A DNA stretch of 64,000 bases. Source: Eledone cirrhosa (Eukaryota). Below the pieces are notes generated by a model. It made no database searches. It had not been told where the DNA came from and was given only the letters and a program-made list of their open reading frames with translations. Both the position numbers and the translations under genes were made by a program. Of this stretch, positions 22,945 to 42,816 are shown piece by piece. The DNA lies in NCBI GenBank assembly GCA_964016885.1, contig OZ024740.1:184822001-184886000 (forward strand), in the 5' to 3' direction. How positions within the stretch are numbered: the first letter of the stretch is position 1; every line of letters starts with the position of its first letter.

Positions 22945-23913
22945 AATAATAAATTTGAAGACTAAAATCCAAAGAGGGCTCGATAAGGATAAATATATAT
23001 ATCAGATATATAAGAACCGTAGAGCAAATATTTATTAAAATAATAGATTAAAGTTTAAGCAAATAATCGCTGCTTTCACCCTTAACGGGATCTTCTGAAA
23101 CTAAAAAAATCAATCTGTGAACGCAGAATTAAATATTTCAAAAAACGTTGCAACCGAAGGAAGACAAGAAGACGATACTTTGGTTCGTAGAAACGTTCCC
23201 TGGCAAAGAACGGAAAAAAACGAAGATAATACGTCATTATTTGGACCGATGAAAACAATTACACGCAAAGACAAAACCACGTTTATGGTATAAATGAAGT
23301 CGTAGACTAATATTCTATAAGGTGGTTCAGGAGACGTTCTCTGGCAATGAACGGAAAAAAACGAATGTAATACGTCATTATGTGGTGCGTGAGAACAATT
23401 ACACGCAAAGACAAAACCACGTAAATGGTATAACTGAAGTCGTAGACTAAAATTCTATTTAGGAAACCGAATGATTCCCGGCTTCAGAGTTAAGAATAAA
23501 GTAAATAAAATACAGAGGTAATTGAAATTAAATATATACATACACGTACACAAGAATATTAGTCTACGACTTCATTTATACCATAAACGTGGTTTTGTCT
23601 TTGCGTGTAATTGTTTTCACCGTTCCAAATAATGACATATTATCTTTCCCGTTCTTTGCCAGGGAACGTTTCCACGAACCAAAGTATCGTCTTCTTGTCT
23701 TCCTTCGGTTGCAACGTTTTTTGAAATATTTAATTCTGCGTTCACAGATTGATTTTTTTAGTTTCAGAAGATCCCGTTAAGGGTGAAAGCAGCGATTCTT
23801 TATTTACACTTTAATCTGTTATTTTAATAAATATTTGCTCTACGGTTCTTATATATCTGATATATATGTATCCTTATCGAGCCCACTTTGGATGTTGGTC
23901 TTCAAATTTATTA

Positions 23914-23917
<4 letters not shown>
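22945..23917. mobile_element. Penelope-type inverted plus partial tandem terminal repeats
   Basis: Arm 22945-23316 is the reverse complement of 23553-23917, and 23334-23458 repeats 23193-23318. A hammerhead-like CAGAAGA-T-CCC-GTTAA-GGG-T-GAAAG is at 23765 and, antisense, near 23075-23097. Confidence 0.75.
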
Positions 23918-23954
<37 letters not shown>

Positions 23955-23987
23955 TAGTGAAAGCCTACAGTAAACAATGATGATGAT

Positions 23988-24019
<32 letters not shown>

Positions 24020-24129
24020 TATATATATATACATTCAATGTTGTTGGAGTTAGGAAGGGCATCCAGCTGTAAAACACTGTCTGTCCATTCTATACATACA
24101 CTTATACATAATTATTTCTACTTATACAT

Positions 24130-24245
24130 AATTGTTTCTACATTTTGGCACGAGGCCAGCAATTATCCAGTGCATTACTGGTACTTTATTTTATCGACCC
24201 CGTAAGGATGAAAGGCAAAGTTAACCTCGGCGGGATTTGAACTCA
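24130..24245 (-). mobile_element. SINE family A copy
   Basis: TTTTATCGACCCCGTAAGGATGAAAGGCAAAGTTAACCTCGGCGGGATTTGAACTC. Confidence 0.78.
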
Positions 24246-24669
24246 CTTATACATAATGGCTGCATCTAAGTATTGAAAATTGCCATCCTTTGATCTTTTT
24301 TTCACATATGGGTGACTTAGATGCCTTTCTGCATATGCTACAGCAAAAGAAAAAAAGAAAAGGCCATGCTCATGCAACACACTGGAAAGTCGTTTAGATC
24401 AAGTAATGCCTACCTTGAATGTTTTTTTTTTTAAGTGAAAGAAGGCCTTAAATGGGATCAATTCCCCCCCCTCTGAAACAATGGTAACAGATATTCAAAA
24501 AGAAGAACAGGTCAACATTGGTTGCTTTTACATCAGTGTTTCCTTTCTCTTAGAATGATGTCCTAACTAGAACTAGAGGTTTCTCACTCCCTGTGGGTTA
24601 ACCATCAAACACAAAATCAAGTACTTCCATGTCTCCACTCATACATACATGTATCATTGGGCTTATATC

Positions 24670-24776
24670 TTTGATGACATGTGTCCTCTACAATAATCCT
24701 TGGTTTCACCAATGCATTGCAAGTAGAACTTAGTAGACTGAAACTGTACTGAAGCCCGTTGTGTGTATATACATAA

Positions 24777-24834
<58 letters not shown>

Positions 24835-25062
24835 ATGTATGTATGTAACTATATATGTATATGTAGTGTGTGTGTTATTTTTGTTTACGGTCTAAACCGG
24901 TATTGTTTATATTTGTGTGCCTAACTAAATGGTTTGCAAAATATACATCAATAAAATAAACGGCAGACTTTAAAATACGGAGATCGATTTAATCGATTAA
25001 GCCCTTGAAGATAATACACCAGCATGGTCGTAGTTCAATGACTGAAACTAGTAAAAGAATAT
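24670..25062 (+). mobile_element. Old SINE with internal microsatellite and CR1-type tail
   Basis: Ends CCAGCATGGTCGTAGTTCAATGACTGAAACTAGTAAAAGA, similar to the 3' end of the LINE at 42817-42870. Confidence 0.55.
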
Positions 25063-25327
25063 AGATATGTGTTGAGAGTGTGTGTATGTGGGGGGGGGGG
25101 GGAGATATAAGGGTTATTCAAGAAGAAGAAGAAGAAGGCGAAGGAATGTGAAGAAGTGTCAGACTTCAATTTTACTCTGCTATTTCTCCGCTTGTCTCTC
25201 TGCAACTCACTCTCGTGTGTGTATCTATCTATCTCCCTTACACGTTTTTATTGTATGTAAACTTCCTCCTTTGTATTTGTCCCCTTCTTTTGTGCCCCTG
25301 TGGCTAATAAAGAAACATACTATCTCC

Positions 25328-25364
<37 letters not shown>

Positions 25365-25599
25365 CGCACACACATACACTTATTACCCCCTCACTTATTC
25401 GTTTAGTCTCTCTGTTTTGCCGGTGTATTTCACTCTCTCTTTCCATCTATCTACCTTTGTATCCATTGCTCCCCCCCCCCCCCCTCTATGTTTGCTCTAA
25501 CGTTCATTCACAGAGTCGTTGGCTCTCCATCTTTCGTCTTCTGCATCTTTCTATCTCTATCACTCATTCGCTCTTTCACTCACTCTCTCTCCCTCCCTG

Positions 25600-26032
25600 A
25601 CTATGTAAAATGGAATATTGTGTATGTGTGTACGTGTGCTCGCCAGTGTGTTTGAGTTAAGTAGAGAGCCTACGCATGCTGGCTTCTTTTTCTACACTAC
25701 ATTTTCAAGTAACAACACTTTCTCAACAGTTGGGATTTACTAAACAAGCCGAAACAACTTTGACAGGATAAAAAGGCACACAAAATAACACACAACTCTA
25801 ACATTAAAACTACAGTTACCTTATACATAAAAAGGATAAGTGTTATTGTTGGTGTTGTTGTTATTGATATTATTTTTACCGCCGAGAATTATCATTATTC
25901 TCATTATTATTTATTTATTTATTTATTATTATTATATAATACATATATCTGAGGAAGCTACTACCTTCGGAATTCTTTCTCCTGCGCTCAACCCCACCCT
26001 ACACCACCAAAAAATTTGATAATAATATTTGA

Positions 26033-26063
<31 letters not shown>

Positions 26064-26653
26064 ATACATAACCCCTCTCAGAAAGGAAAGTACATATACC
26101 TGTGTATATATATACCTGTGTATATATATAATTTAATTGGAATTCATCGGTTTAAAAACATACATAAAAAGGTAAGACATTAAACTCATTTGTACTAGAA
26201 ATTGTTTTCTGCACTTCAGTTGTTTTAACATGTGATTCTTGCAGGTGTATTATCATCTTACAGGATTAATTTCTATCAAACCACTAACCATCTTTTATAT
26301 GTTATTGCTTCGTTAAAATACCTAACAAAAAAAAACAAAAAAAAAAACAAGAAATGACCAAAGAAAAAAATTAAAAAACATAAATATATTTATATTATAA
26401 TTATAATTTTAAGCTTAAAAAAAAAAACAACGAAAAAGATAAAACATTTATTGTTCCTCGTCATTTTAACGTAACGTGATGTTATCCGTTATTGTTGTTA
26501 TTGGTGGGTTTTTTTTTTATTAACCCTTGTATTAAGGCCATACCGTTTTTTTAAAAAACATTTATATATATAATAATTATTGTTACTATTACATTGTTTC
26601 TTTTAAGTGAGGTTAAATAACTTAATGCTAGTTTCGTTTATCAAAAGTAATAC

Positions 26654-26696
<43 letters not shown>

Positions 26697-26775
26697 GATA
26701 CAGCAGAATGTAAATTTTTTTTATTTTTAGCTTTTGCCGTTCTTTTTTTTTCCTTGTTTTTATTCTCTATGCTGC

Positions 26776-26816
<41 letters not shown>

Positions 26817-27112
26817 GTATACAAGCACGCGCTGAGATATGAAGAAGCAGGTGTGTGTGAGTTTGTAAGAAATGGTGTGTTATGTGTATAATGTATGTGT
26901 GTATGTGTGTTCGATGTCAAGAGGAGTTAGACATCAGCCCTAGCATCCACCAACTCCCACACTCATACGAATTATTGTAATATCCATCACACACAAACGA
27001 ACCGCATCCACACTACACGATGTGTGAAAGCAAGGAAAGCATGGGTTACAGAGACAAAGTGAAAGTGAAACTACAGACAGACCAACAAATAGGAAACGAG
27101 GGAAGGTGGTGA
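25600..27112 (+). other. Possible promoter/5'-UTR region of a host gene
   Basis: A TE-free unique stretch with a short canonical intron AAG|GTAAGA...TTCTTGCAG|G (26172-26244) and an ATG at 27020 opening MCESKESMGYRDKVKVKLQTDQQIGNEG. Confidence 0.25.
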
Positions 27113-27265
27113 ACTAAGAGAAAAAAAATGTTGTGGAGGAGGGAGAGTAAAAAGATTAAGAAATTCCTAGTTATAATAACACTATTTATTTATCAATTTA
27201 TCATACACTTACATGTATAATAGTGGTTATTTTGCATACCATCTTCCTTGTTGCAATACACACAC

Positions 27266-27307
<42 letters not shown>

Positions 27308-28035
27308 ATATATATATACATAAATACATACATATACTCATGAATTTAAAAACGTGTTAAATATTTAATATATAAAGTATGATGTGTTAATATTTATAAT
27401 TAATCTTTTTGTGTTTTGTTTTATATGAGAATAGTATAAGTAGGGCAATAATTATTGTTGTTGTTTTTAATATTATTTCAATTTACTCTTTCTTTCCCTC
27501 TTTCTCCCTCTCACTCTCTCACAGATACTCTTACTCATACACACTATTTACACACTTTCTTTTTTTTTTTCCAAATGGTTATTTCTTTTACGAAAATAGT
27601 CTTCAATTTTGATGAATTTAATTGGAGTATTATTATTATTATTGTTTTCTGTTATCTTTTATTGTTCGTCTTTTTCTGGTAATCATATTTAATAAACTGA
27701 CATAAACCCTCATTTCCTTAATCTTTATTCAAACAAGAACAAATAAAAGAACTACCACAACATATATTCAACTTGATGAAATAATGATTTACCAATGACA
27801 TAATAGTTAAGGGGTGGTTAAAGTTTAGAAATATATAGTTGTTATTAAAGCTCGTATTACAGATATATATATTTAATGGAAGCCGCACATTATAATCACA
27901 GTGTTATCAAAAATTAGTTGGTCCCAAATCCTTTTATATGATTAATATCACCAATCAGTTATTGGTATCGAAAATGCTTCATTCTAAAGTGATCACAATA
28001 ATCGCCATCCATTGGTTACACACACACACACACAC

Positions 28036-28162
<127 letters not shown>

Positions 28163-28533
28163 CCTTTACGTGTTCCAGCCAACTGGCTGCGACCATTCTG
28201 GGGATCGGCCATATATATGTATGTGTATATATATATATATATGTATATGTATGTATCTTCAAATTTAATAAGCATGATAACTATATAATGTTGAATTGAT
28301 TAATGTTTAACACACATGTGTATGCAGAGGTGTTGGATTACACAAGTACGCGTACACACATACTCCAACTACACATCCTCACACGTACAACACACATTAC
28401 TTACCTTTTAAACATTGTAGATGAGAGAAAAGCCTGCCGAAACGTATCCCATCGTTGATGTATTAAACTGTCCGTTTGAATGTATGTGTGTAGGTATGTG
28501 CGTATTTATATATCTATGTGCATGTTTGTGCAG

Positions 28534-28569
<36 letters not shown>

Positions 28570-28790
28570 TACGAGAGTGTAGTAAGATGAATCGAAGGTT
28601 TGTTTTAAGTTTTCATGTAAAAAATAACTACGATATATATAATTGCAATATATTATACTTTATCTCATTTTATACTTTTCTTTTTGTTATTTTTTCATTA
28701 AATATATTTTTTAACTTTCAAACCGTATCGTGGAATTACCCTTTTACCGAGAATTATTTGCTGGTTCCATATTAGCTCATCCCTACAAAA

Positions 28791-28830
<40 letters not shown>

Positions 28831-29012
28831 ATGGATAGACTAAATTTGTTTAGAAAGCCGTCGGGTGGATGACACTGTATTACGCTGAATTTCCTTGAGA
28901 ATTGCATTAAGGATACACGTGTTTGTTGCACGTTCAACGAGATACACGTTAATTTCCCGAACAAGCTGTTGCGTTGACCGAAAAACTAGAAAACACATCG
29001 TCGAAGATGATA
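28570..29012 (-). mobile_element. Possible Tc1/mariner remnant
   Basis: The minus-strand peptide ILKEIQRNTVSSTRRLSKQI resembles a mariner helix-turn-helix. A TA-CGAGAGTG end resembling mariner termini is at ~28570. Confidence 0.35.
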
Positions 29013-29124
29013 GAGGCCCAACAAACAAACAAACACACACACACACATAATATATATATATACACATACACACACATACATGCGTATGCATGTGTATGTA
29101 TGCATATATGCATTTTTTGTGCGA

Positions 29125-29155
<31 letters not shown>

Positions 29156-29214
29156 TAGACACGCGTGTGCATGTTTATATATGCATGTCTGTGCGTATAT
29201 ATATATATATATAT

Positions 29215-29341
29215 ATAGGAAAGAGTAGGACCCCGACAGCTGAGCTCAAGCCGTTTCGATGGCTAATTCTGGACTAATTTAGTCCAGGACAAGCCGTCGA
29301 AACGGCTTCAGCTCGGCCGTCGGGGTCCTACTCGTTCCTAT
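29215..29341. repeat. GC-rich palindrome (~62-bp arms) at a Penelope-type end
   Basis: ATAGGAAAGAGTAGGACCCCGAC...CTGGACTAA-T-TTAGTCCAG...GTCGGGGTCCTACTCGTTCCTAT. Each arm contains a CGAAACGGC half-motif. Confidence 0.8.
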
Positions 29342-29787
29342 TACCCACTCTACTACCCTAAGTATTGAGTACTTTGGTGCGTTATGGTCCATCTGGTTCC
29401 TTACCACATTTCCTTCGTTATATATATATATATGAGAGAGAGAGAGAAAGAGAGAGAGACACACACAAGTATACAACTGAAGGTAATCGAGTTTACGTCT
29501 ACGAAATATCTAGTAATGTAGGAATATGTGAAACTGTTAATACAAATATTGGCAATTGGCACATAGTGTGTTGATTGCTCTCTTAACTCCGGTTGTACCC
29601 ACACCTACACCTGTTAACACATGAGCTGATATGTGGCTGCGTGTGTACATGGGTGGATACTTGTGTATACACGGTTGTATTGTGTGTATGGATCGTTTTG
29701 TATATGTATGGGGTGGCTTTGTTTATGTATGGATGGAAGGGTTTTATATATATATATATATATATCTTACTTAACTATATATATATG

Positions 29788-29850
<63 letters not shown>

Positions 29851-29851
29851 T

Positions 29852-29892
<41 letters not shown>

Positions 29893-29984
29893 TGAATATT
29901 TACTCCAGTAAATTGTTGAGTGCTCTAAAACAGTTATAAACATTTGTTTGTCGGACTTCGAACAAATTAAATACAACTTCTACC

Positions 29985-30036
<52 letters not shown>

Positions 30037-30540
30037 CATGTGTGTAGACTTTGTGTGTGTGTATACGTGTAGACTGTGTGTGTGTCTACGTGTGTAGACA
30101 GTGTGTGTGTGTCTACGTGTGTGTAGACTGTGTGTGTGTGTATACGTGTGTAGACTGTGTACTGTGTGTATGTAGACTGTGTGTATTCATGTGTGTAGAC
30201 TATGTATGTGTGTATGTATGTCCGTGCGTATGTATTCATGTGTGTAGACTATGTATGTACTACGTTTGTATGTATATCTGTGTGTATGTATGTATATATG
30301 TATGTACATGTTTGTGTATGTATGTATATATGCACATGTGAGTATGTATATATTACGTAAGTATGTGTACATGCATACATGTGAGTAAAGTATGTATGTA
30401 TGTACGTATAGATGTATGTATATACATGTGAGTATGTGTATATTACGTATGTATGTGTACATGCATACATGTGAGTAATGTATGTGTATGTATGCATGTA
30501 TGTATGTATGTATGAATGTATGTACGTATAGATGTACGTA

Positions 30541-30573
<33 letters not shown>

Positions 30574-31010
30574 AGATGTATGTATATATGCACATGTATG
30601 TGTATATTACGTATGTATGTATGTGTACATGCATACATGTCAGTAAAGTATGTATGTATGTATGTACGTATGTATGCATGTGTGTGTGTATGAATGTATG
30701 TATGTATGTATGTATGTATGTATGTATGTATGTATGTATGTATAGATGTATGTATGTACGTATGTATGTACGTAAGTATGTACGTATATATGTATGTATG
30801 TATGTGTATGTACGTATGTAAGTATGTACGTATAGATGTATGTATGTGTGTATGTATGTATGTGTATGTATGTATGTACGTATAGATGTATGTACGTATG
30901 TAGGTATGTATGTATGTATGTATGTATGTACGTATGTACGTATGTATGTACGTATGTACGTATGCATGTACGTATGTACGTATAGATGTATGTATAGATG
31001 CACGCATGCA
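29985..31010. repeat. Compound (TG)n/(TATG)n microsatellite
   Basis: Direct inspection. GTAGAC and TACG interruptions recur. Confidence 0.9.
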
Positions 31011-31479
31011 TGAAAGCTATTAATGTGAATTGTTTGAAAGAGAGCAAAGTTTAAAGGCAGCAGCGGTGGTAATGGAGGAAGTGAAAGTTAAGAAATGCAA
31101 CTGTCTTTCGCTAACAGCTGATTGAGAGGAAACATACGTTGTGCCATGACCTCCTATTACAGTCGCGATGAGGGATTATTAAAGACCTGTTGGATAACGA
31201 TATATCGAACCCGCTAGGGTGTACTGAGTTAATGAGGGCTTGATGTAGTTAAACAGTTGTAGAATGAATGTGTGTTTATATATATATATATATGAAGAAG
31301 TTTATGAAATGGAAATGCGGGTATAAAGAATATATTAGGTAACAATTGTTTCTATAGTGTGTGGGTTACCTATACCTCGCTATTTGTATAATATAAAAAT
31401 ATTATCATAAATCGTAGGTACACTGTAAGAGAACACACCATGTCGTCAGACCTTTATGGCAGAATTATATATATACATA

Positions 31480-31528
<49 letters not shown>

Positions 31529-31697
31529 ATGTGCTATTGACGGAAGTAAGAAAAAATTACTCATATATATATGTGTGTGTGTATATATATATATATTATA
31601 TATATATATATATATATACACACACATTATGTATATATATGTATTATATATATATACGTATATAGAATACATATATACACATACATACATATATAAT

Positions 31698-31766
<69 letters not shown>

Positions 31767-32384
31767 AGAGAGATAGATACAAATATATATACATATAATA
31801 TACAAATGTATATCTATATATATAATGCATATATACATATACATATGTAATATAAAACTTATAAATATATATAAGTGGAAGCTTTGTAAAATCGAAGCTT
31901 TGGTTGTGGCCAAGCAAAGTCGACCTACAATAAGGAATGAGTAGCAAAACCATACAATACCAAAACAACGAAATAACTAGTCAGGTTAAAACACATACAC
32001 ATACATACATACATACATACATACATACATACATGCATACATATATACATATATACATATATATATATATATATTGCTGCATTAGTGCGGCAGAAACTCG
32101 AGTCCGGGTACATTATAGGTGTGTTTACGTGTGTTGTGTTGATGCAAATAACTGTGTGTATACTCTGGTAATGTATCTTACATTGCCCATTGAGTACGCT
32201 GAGATACAACCGGTACGTCAATATTATTATGATATATATATATATTCTTTTTCCTCTCTCCAACATTTGCTCTTTCCTGATAAACGACTTAAGACCGATA
32301 CGTTGAACTATTTAATTCTTTTTTCTTTTTTCGTAATCTTCGTTCCAAAACGTGGACTTTATTTTTGCATCTGTCTGTATGTCT

Positions 32385-35509
<3,125 letters not shown>

Positions 35510-35512
<3 letters not shown>

Positions 35513-38500
35513 AGCAGCACAGACTCCACTACAGCAATGAAGAGCCGAATTTTCAGGTCTTTACGAAGGTCCGACTTCCACACAGATCTCAAGCTGTGGC
35601 ACACCGCCTGATCTTTTCTATCAGTGCCTCCTCTCTGGCCGCAGTGTAAGCGGTATAGAGTTCTTCCCTCATCAGCTCCACAGTCTTCATCCTCTCCTCC
35701 GTAGGATCAGCATAGAATTGGTCCTTGGCAGTTTCAGGTGTTCTCTGGCTGCGCATACTTTTGTGTCTTCCTTTCAACCACAACATATTCCGTATTCCCA
35801 ATATTTGCTCCCAAATACAGGAAGCCCTCATCTAATTCTAGCGGCTTCCCACCTACATTAGTGATCCCCTCTGGCGTCTCAAAATTCTCTACCAGATATT
35901 TTGTTTTAATCTCATTCATTCTCAGCCCCACACTCATCGACACAGTCTCAACCTCATGCATCAAATCCTCTGCCTCCTTCACTGTATTTGTCACCAAACT
36001 ATGTCGTCGGCAAATTCAGCATCTGATATCTTTTTCGCCTTAATTCTTCTACTCTGAGCCGATGCTACAGTAAAGCCAGAGTCCTGGTGTTTCTCCAGTG
36101 CAAGGCGCATACAATAGTCCACTACGATGATAAAAAGGTAGGGAGTCAATGAATCTCCCTGGAGCACTCCAGCCAGTATCTCAAAGAACTCTGTCATCCC
36201 ATCAGGTGTAATGACTTGGGCCTTGGTGTTGGTGTAGAGCAGTGATATCAGGTCCACTATCTTCTTGGGGATTCCATAAGCCTGTAAGATCTTCATCAGG
36301 CAGTGACGGTCCACAGAAGCAAAAGCCTTCCTAAAGTCAATGAAAACCATGACCGCAGGAAGGCACTTTGTTCTAGCTCCCTCTAATATCCTCCTCAACA
36401 TCAGGATGTGACTGGTGGTTGATCTTCCCTCTCTGAAGCCATTCTGATTGTCCCTCAGGCTGGATCCTGTTAAGAATCATCCTGTTGAGGGTCTTTGCCA
36501 CAAGTGACGTCAGTGAGATACCCCTGTAGTTGTTGGTGTTAGAGAGATCTCCCTTCTTTGGCACTGGGACGATGTTACTGATCCTCCACTGATTCGCGGC
36601 AACTCCTTTCTCCAGTGCCTGGTTACAGAACCCCAGGATGATATCATCAAAATCACACCTCTTCATCACCTCTGATGCCACTCCATCTTCTCCATGAGCC
36701 TTGCCCTCCTTGATCTTCTTCTTGGCTCTCTGAAGCTCCTCTCTGGCCGCAGTGTAAGCGGTACAGAGTTCTTCCCTCATCAGCTCCACAGTCTCCATCT
36801 TCTCCTCCGTAGGATCAGCATAGAATTGGTCCTTGTCAGTTTCAGGTGTTCTCTGGCTGCACATACTTTTGTGTCTGCAGAGTTGACGTGCTTCCTTTTG
36901 TTCTTTCTCCTTGGCACCAGGGTCTCACTTGCTTCCGCCACTGCATTGGTGAAGTGCCCGTACCTCCTCGTCACACTCTTCTCAGTCCATCCAATCTCTC
37001 TCTCCTCTGTCCATCCAATCTCTCTCTCCTCTGTCTCTCCACACAGAGCACTGAACCTGTTCCTCACTTCCACTGTGAACCTCTCCTGTAGCTTATCATC
37101 TTCCTTGAAAGCTCCCCAGTCATAGATTACACTCCGGGGCTGAGCCTTGCTCTTTCTTAAGCTCACCCGGACCACACTCATAACAAGCCGGTTGTCACTA
37201 CCCAGTGTACTGAACTAGTTGTATGGTTCTGTGTTTAGAACACTATTCCGCCACTTTTTCCTCACCAGAATGAAATCAACCTGGGACTTGGACAGGTGCA
37301 TATCTGAGATGTAGGTCCACATCTTCCCCGGATTCTTCCTGAACCTTAGGTTGGTCGCTATCAAGTTCGCATCCAGCAAGGTGTCTCTCAGTAGTCTTCC
37401 ATTTTGGTTGGTCTTGTTATGGAAGTACCAGCAAGGATCTTCACTGCCCTTCTTACTCAGATGTGCATTGAAGTTCGCCAAAACAAGCAGGATGTTGTGT
37501 GCTTGTCTGGTGTTGACAGCTCTACACACCTCCTCATGGAACTCTTCCGTACTCACATCACTGTCTCCCTCAGTTGGACTATAGGCTGAGATGACTCTCA
37601 GTCTTGGGTTTCCATTGAAGGTCACCCTCAACACTTGCGGGGAGATGGTATTATTTCCCTCACCAATAGACTGGTTTTTGTGCTGAAAACAAAACCCACT
37701 CCTCCGACTGCAGCATTGGTCATGTTCCTCACTGCCGATGTCGTGATGAGCTTGCTCATCTTCCCAATCATCACACTCCTCACGGGCTCATCATGTAGGA
37801 ACCTGTGTTCTTGGATCGCAAGTATCTGTATACCACTCTCCTCGAACAGATGTCCCAACTCCTCTCTCTTCTCCAACAGTCCTCTCATTCAAAGTGCCCA
37901 TTTTCATGGCTCTTCTGCAGGACAAAACTGCATTCTTTATATTTGTCTCAGAGACAGCTGATCCATCATCCACTAGCCCTCCCTGTGGCTCTAAGCCAGC
38001 AGAGTCATAATGACCAGACTCCTCCTTGACAGTGTAATTAGAGGCGCTAACCCTAGTGCTGTTAGATAGACTCTCCATATTTCTAATCAATGGCTGACAA
38101 TACCTTACCGGCGCCACTCGCATAAAGTAGTTATTTAACCCATAAATGGGGCCCTAACAAGTACTACTACTCTGGGCCAGAGCAGACCTGGGAGTTATGA
38201 CAACTAAGGGTTAACTCCACATTCCCCACAGCTCCTGAACTCCTGAACTGGAGCCTTGCCACTGGATGTAGTTTAATGTCATACCCGGTTCTGAGACTTG
38301 GACACTGACAAGAAACTAACTCAGATGGTGGATGGGTGCTACACGAGAATGCTGAGGATGGCTCTGAACATTAATCAGTATACACTGAGGATGAAAAACT
38401 CAGAGCTGTATAGGAGCCTCCCAAAAGTCAGCTCAAAAGTGACACAGAGGAGTCTAAGCTTAGCTGGACATGCTCAAGGACATCCAGAGTTGACATTGCA

Positions 38501-38690
38501 CTCAGTGCATCTGTGGGAGCCCCTACATGGACACACTGGAAGGGGAAGCCAAGGTTAACGTATGTTGATTCTCTAAGGACAGACACTGATCTGTTGGAGA
38601 CGCAGGATATGGCAGTGATAATGAGGTACAGAGATCGCTGGAGAGAACTTGTCCATGGATTTCGGGAATTTTACCAGCCCTAGAATATAT
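35510..38690. mobile_element. Near-full-length RTE/RTE-X-like LINE with inverted 5' segment
   Basis: The minus strand from 38286 to 35510 carries the 5' UTR, AP endonuclease (IQEHR, GGVG, SAYSPT, QVDFIL) and RT (NYRGISL, FIDFRKAF, GVLQGD, FADD, FLYLG) up to VESVLLY. The plus strand from 38287 to 38683 continues GSETWTL...DGCYTRMLR...LAGH...WEP. Confidence 0.88.
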
Positions 38691-38767
38691 GTATATATAT
38701 ATATACATGTATATATATATATGTATATATATATGTATATATATATATATACATCTACATATATATT

Positions 38768-38837
<70 letters not shown>

Positions 38838-38911
38838 TACATATATATATATATATGTATATGCAAGCATGGAACACGGACGTTAAACGATGATGATGAT
38901 ATATATATATA

Positions 38912-38947
<36 letters not shown>

Positions 38948-38969
38948 CATGAATATATAGATATACATG

Positions 38970-39020
<51 letters not shown>

Positions 39021-39199
39021 ATATATATATATACATGTATATATGTATACATGTGTGTATATATACATGTATATATATATACATGTATATATATATACAT
39101 GTGTATATATATATGTATATATACATGTGTGTATATATATATACATATATGTATATATATAAACATGTGTATATATATATATATATATACGTGTATATA

Positions 39200-40125
39200 G
39201 ATAATTTAATATATCTACTAACATAAGCGCACAGATGCACGCTAATGCCAGCAAATACACAGTTTATGTCATAGTACCTAGGTGGTTCAATGCAGGAGGA
39301 TGCAGAACAATAATATAAAAGACGTAAAATAAGAAAATTAAAAAAAAAAATTAACTTACTTAAATTTTCACTCCAACTAATTAGTTTCTGCAATGGGATA
39401 AAGACAGTTACGTAATGAACTGTTGAGAATTTCATTGCGTCATCAGGGAGATCATTCTCAGCCAAGTCCCCAGGCAATGCGCGGACACTGGGGACTCATA
39501 TAAAAATAATAATAATTCGGTAAATGGAACAGCTATCGAGGACTGGATTCCAGGTACTGAAAATTCTCACTGCTACTGGTCATATGGCCGATTCTAAAGA
39601 ATCAATCACGTGACAGAGAGGCTAGTCAGTAGGAATGGGATGGTAAGATGACAGACGCCTACTAACCCCCCGAAAAAATTTTAGAAGTGGTTTTGGCAGG
39701 TTTGCTCGACAAATCAGTGATTTGGAGATAAATATATATAATTTAATATATCTACTAACATAAGCGCACAGATGTACGCTAATGCCAGCAAATACACAGG
39801 TTATGTCATAGTACCTAGGTGGTTCAATGCATGAGGATGCAGAACAATAATATAAAAGACGTAAAATAAGAAAATTAAAAAAAAAAAATTTTTTTAAAAT
39901 TAACTTACTTGCTTAAATTTTCACTCCAACTAATTAGTGTCCGCGCATTGCCTGGGGACTTGGCTGAGAATGATCTCCCTGATGACGCAATGAAATTCTC
40001 AACAGTTCATTACGTAACTGTCTTTATCCCATTGCAGAAACTAATTAGTTGGAGTGAAAATTTAAGTAAGTAAGTTAATTTTTTTTTAATTTTTTTTTAA
40101 AATTTTCTTATTTTACGTCTTTTAT
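39200..40125. mobile_element. Penelope-type tandem plus inverted terminal repeats
   Basis: 39201-39384 is repeated directly at 39738-39937, and 39314-39489 is inverted at 39936-40125. Core-like CTGATGA-CGCAAT-GAAA is at 39979 and antisense at ~39430-39446. Confidence 0.75.

Positions 40126-42816
<2,691 letters not shown>

Noticed and set aside
31870-32310. Possible further Penelope 3' end (KLCKIEALVVAKQ; CTGATAA...GATAC)
   Set aside because: The peptide and core are too degenerate to call.
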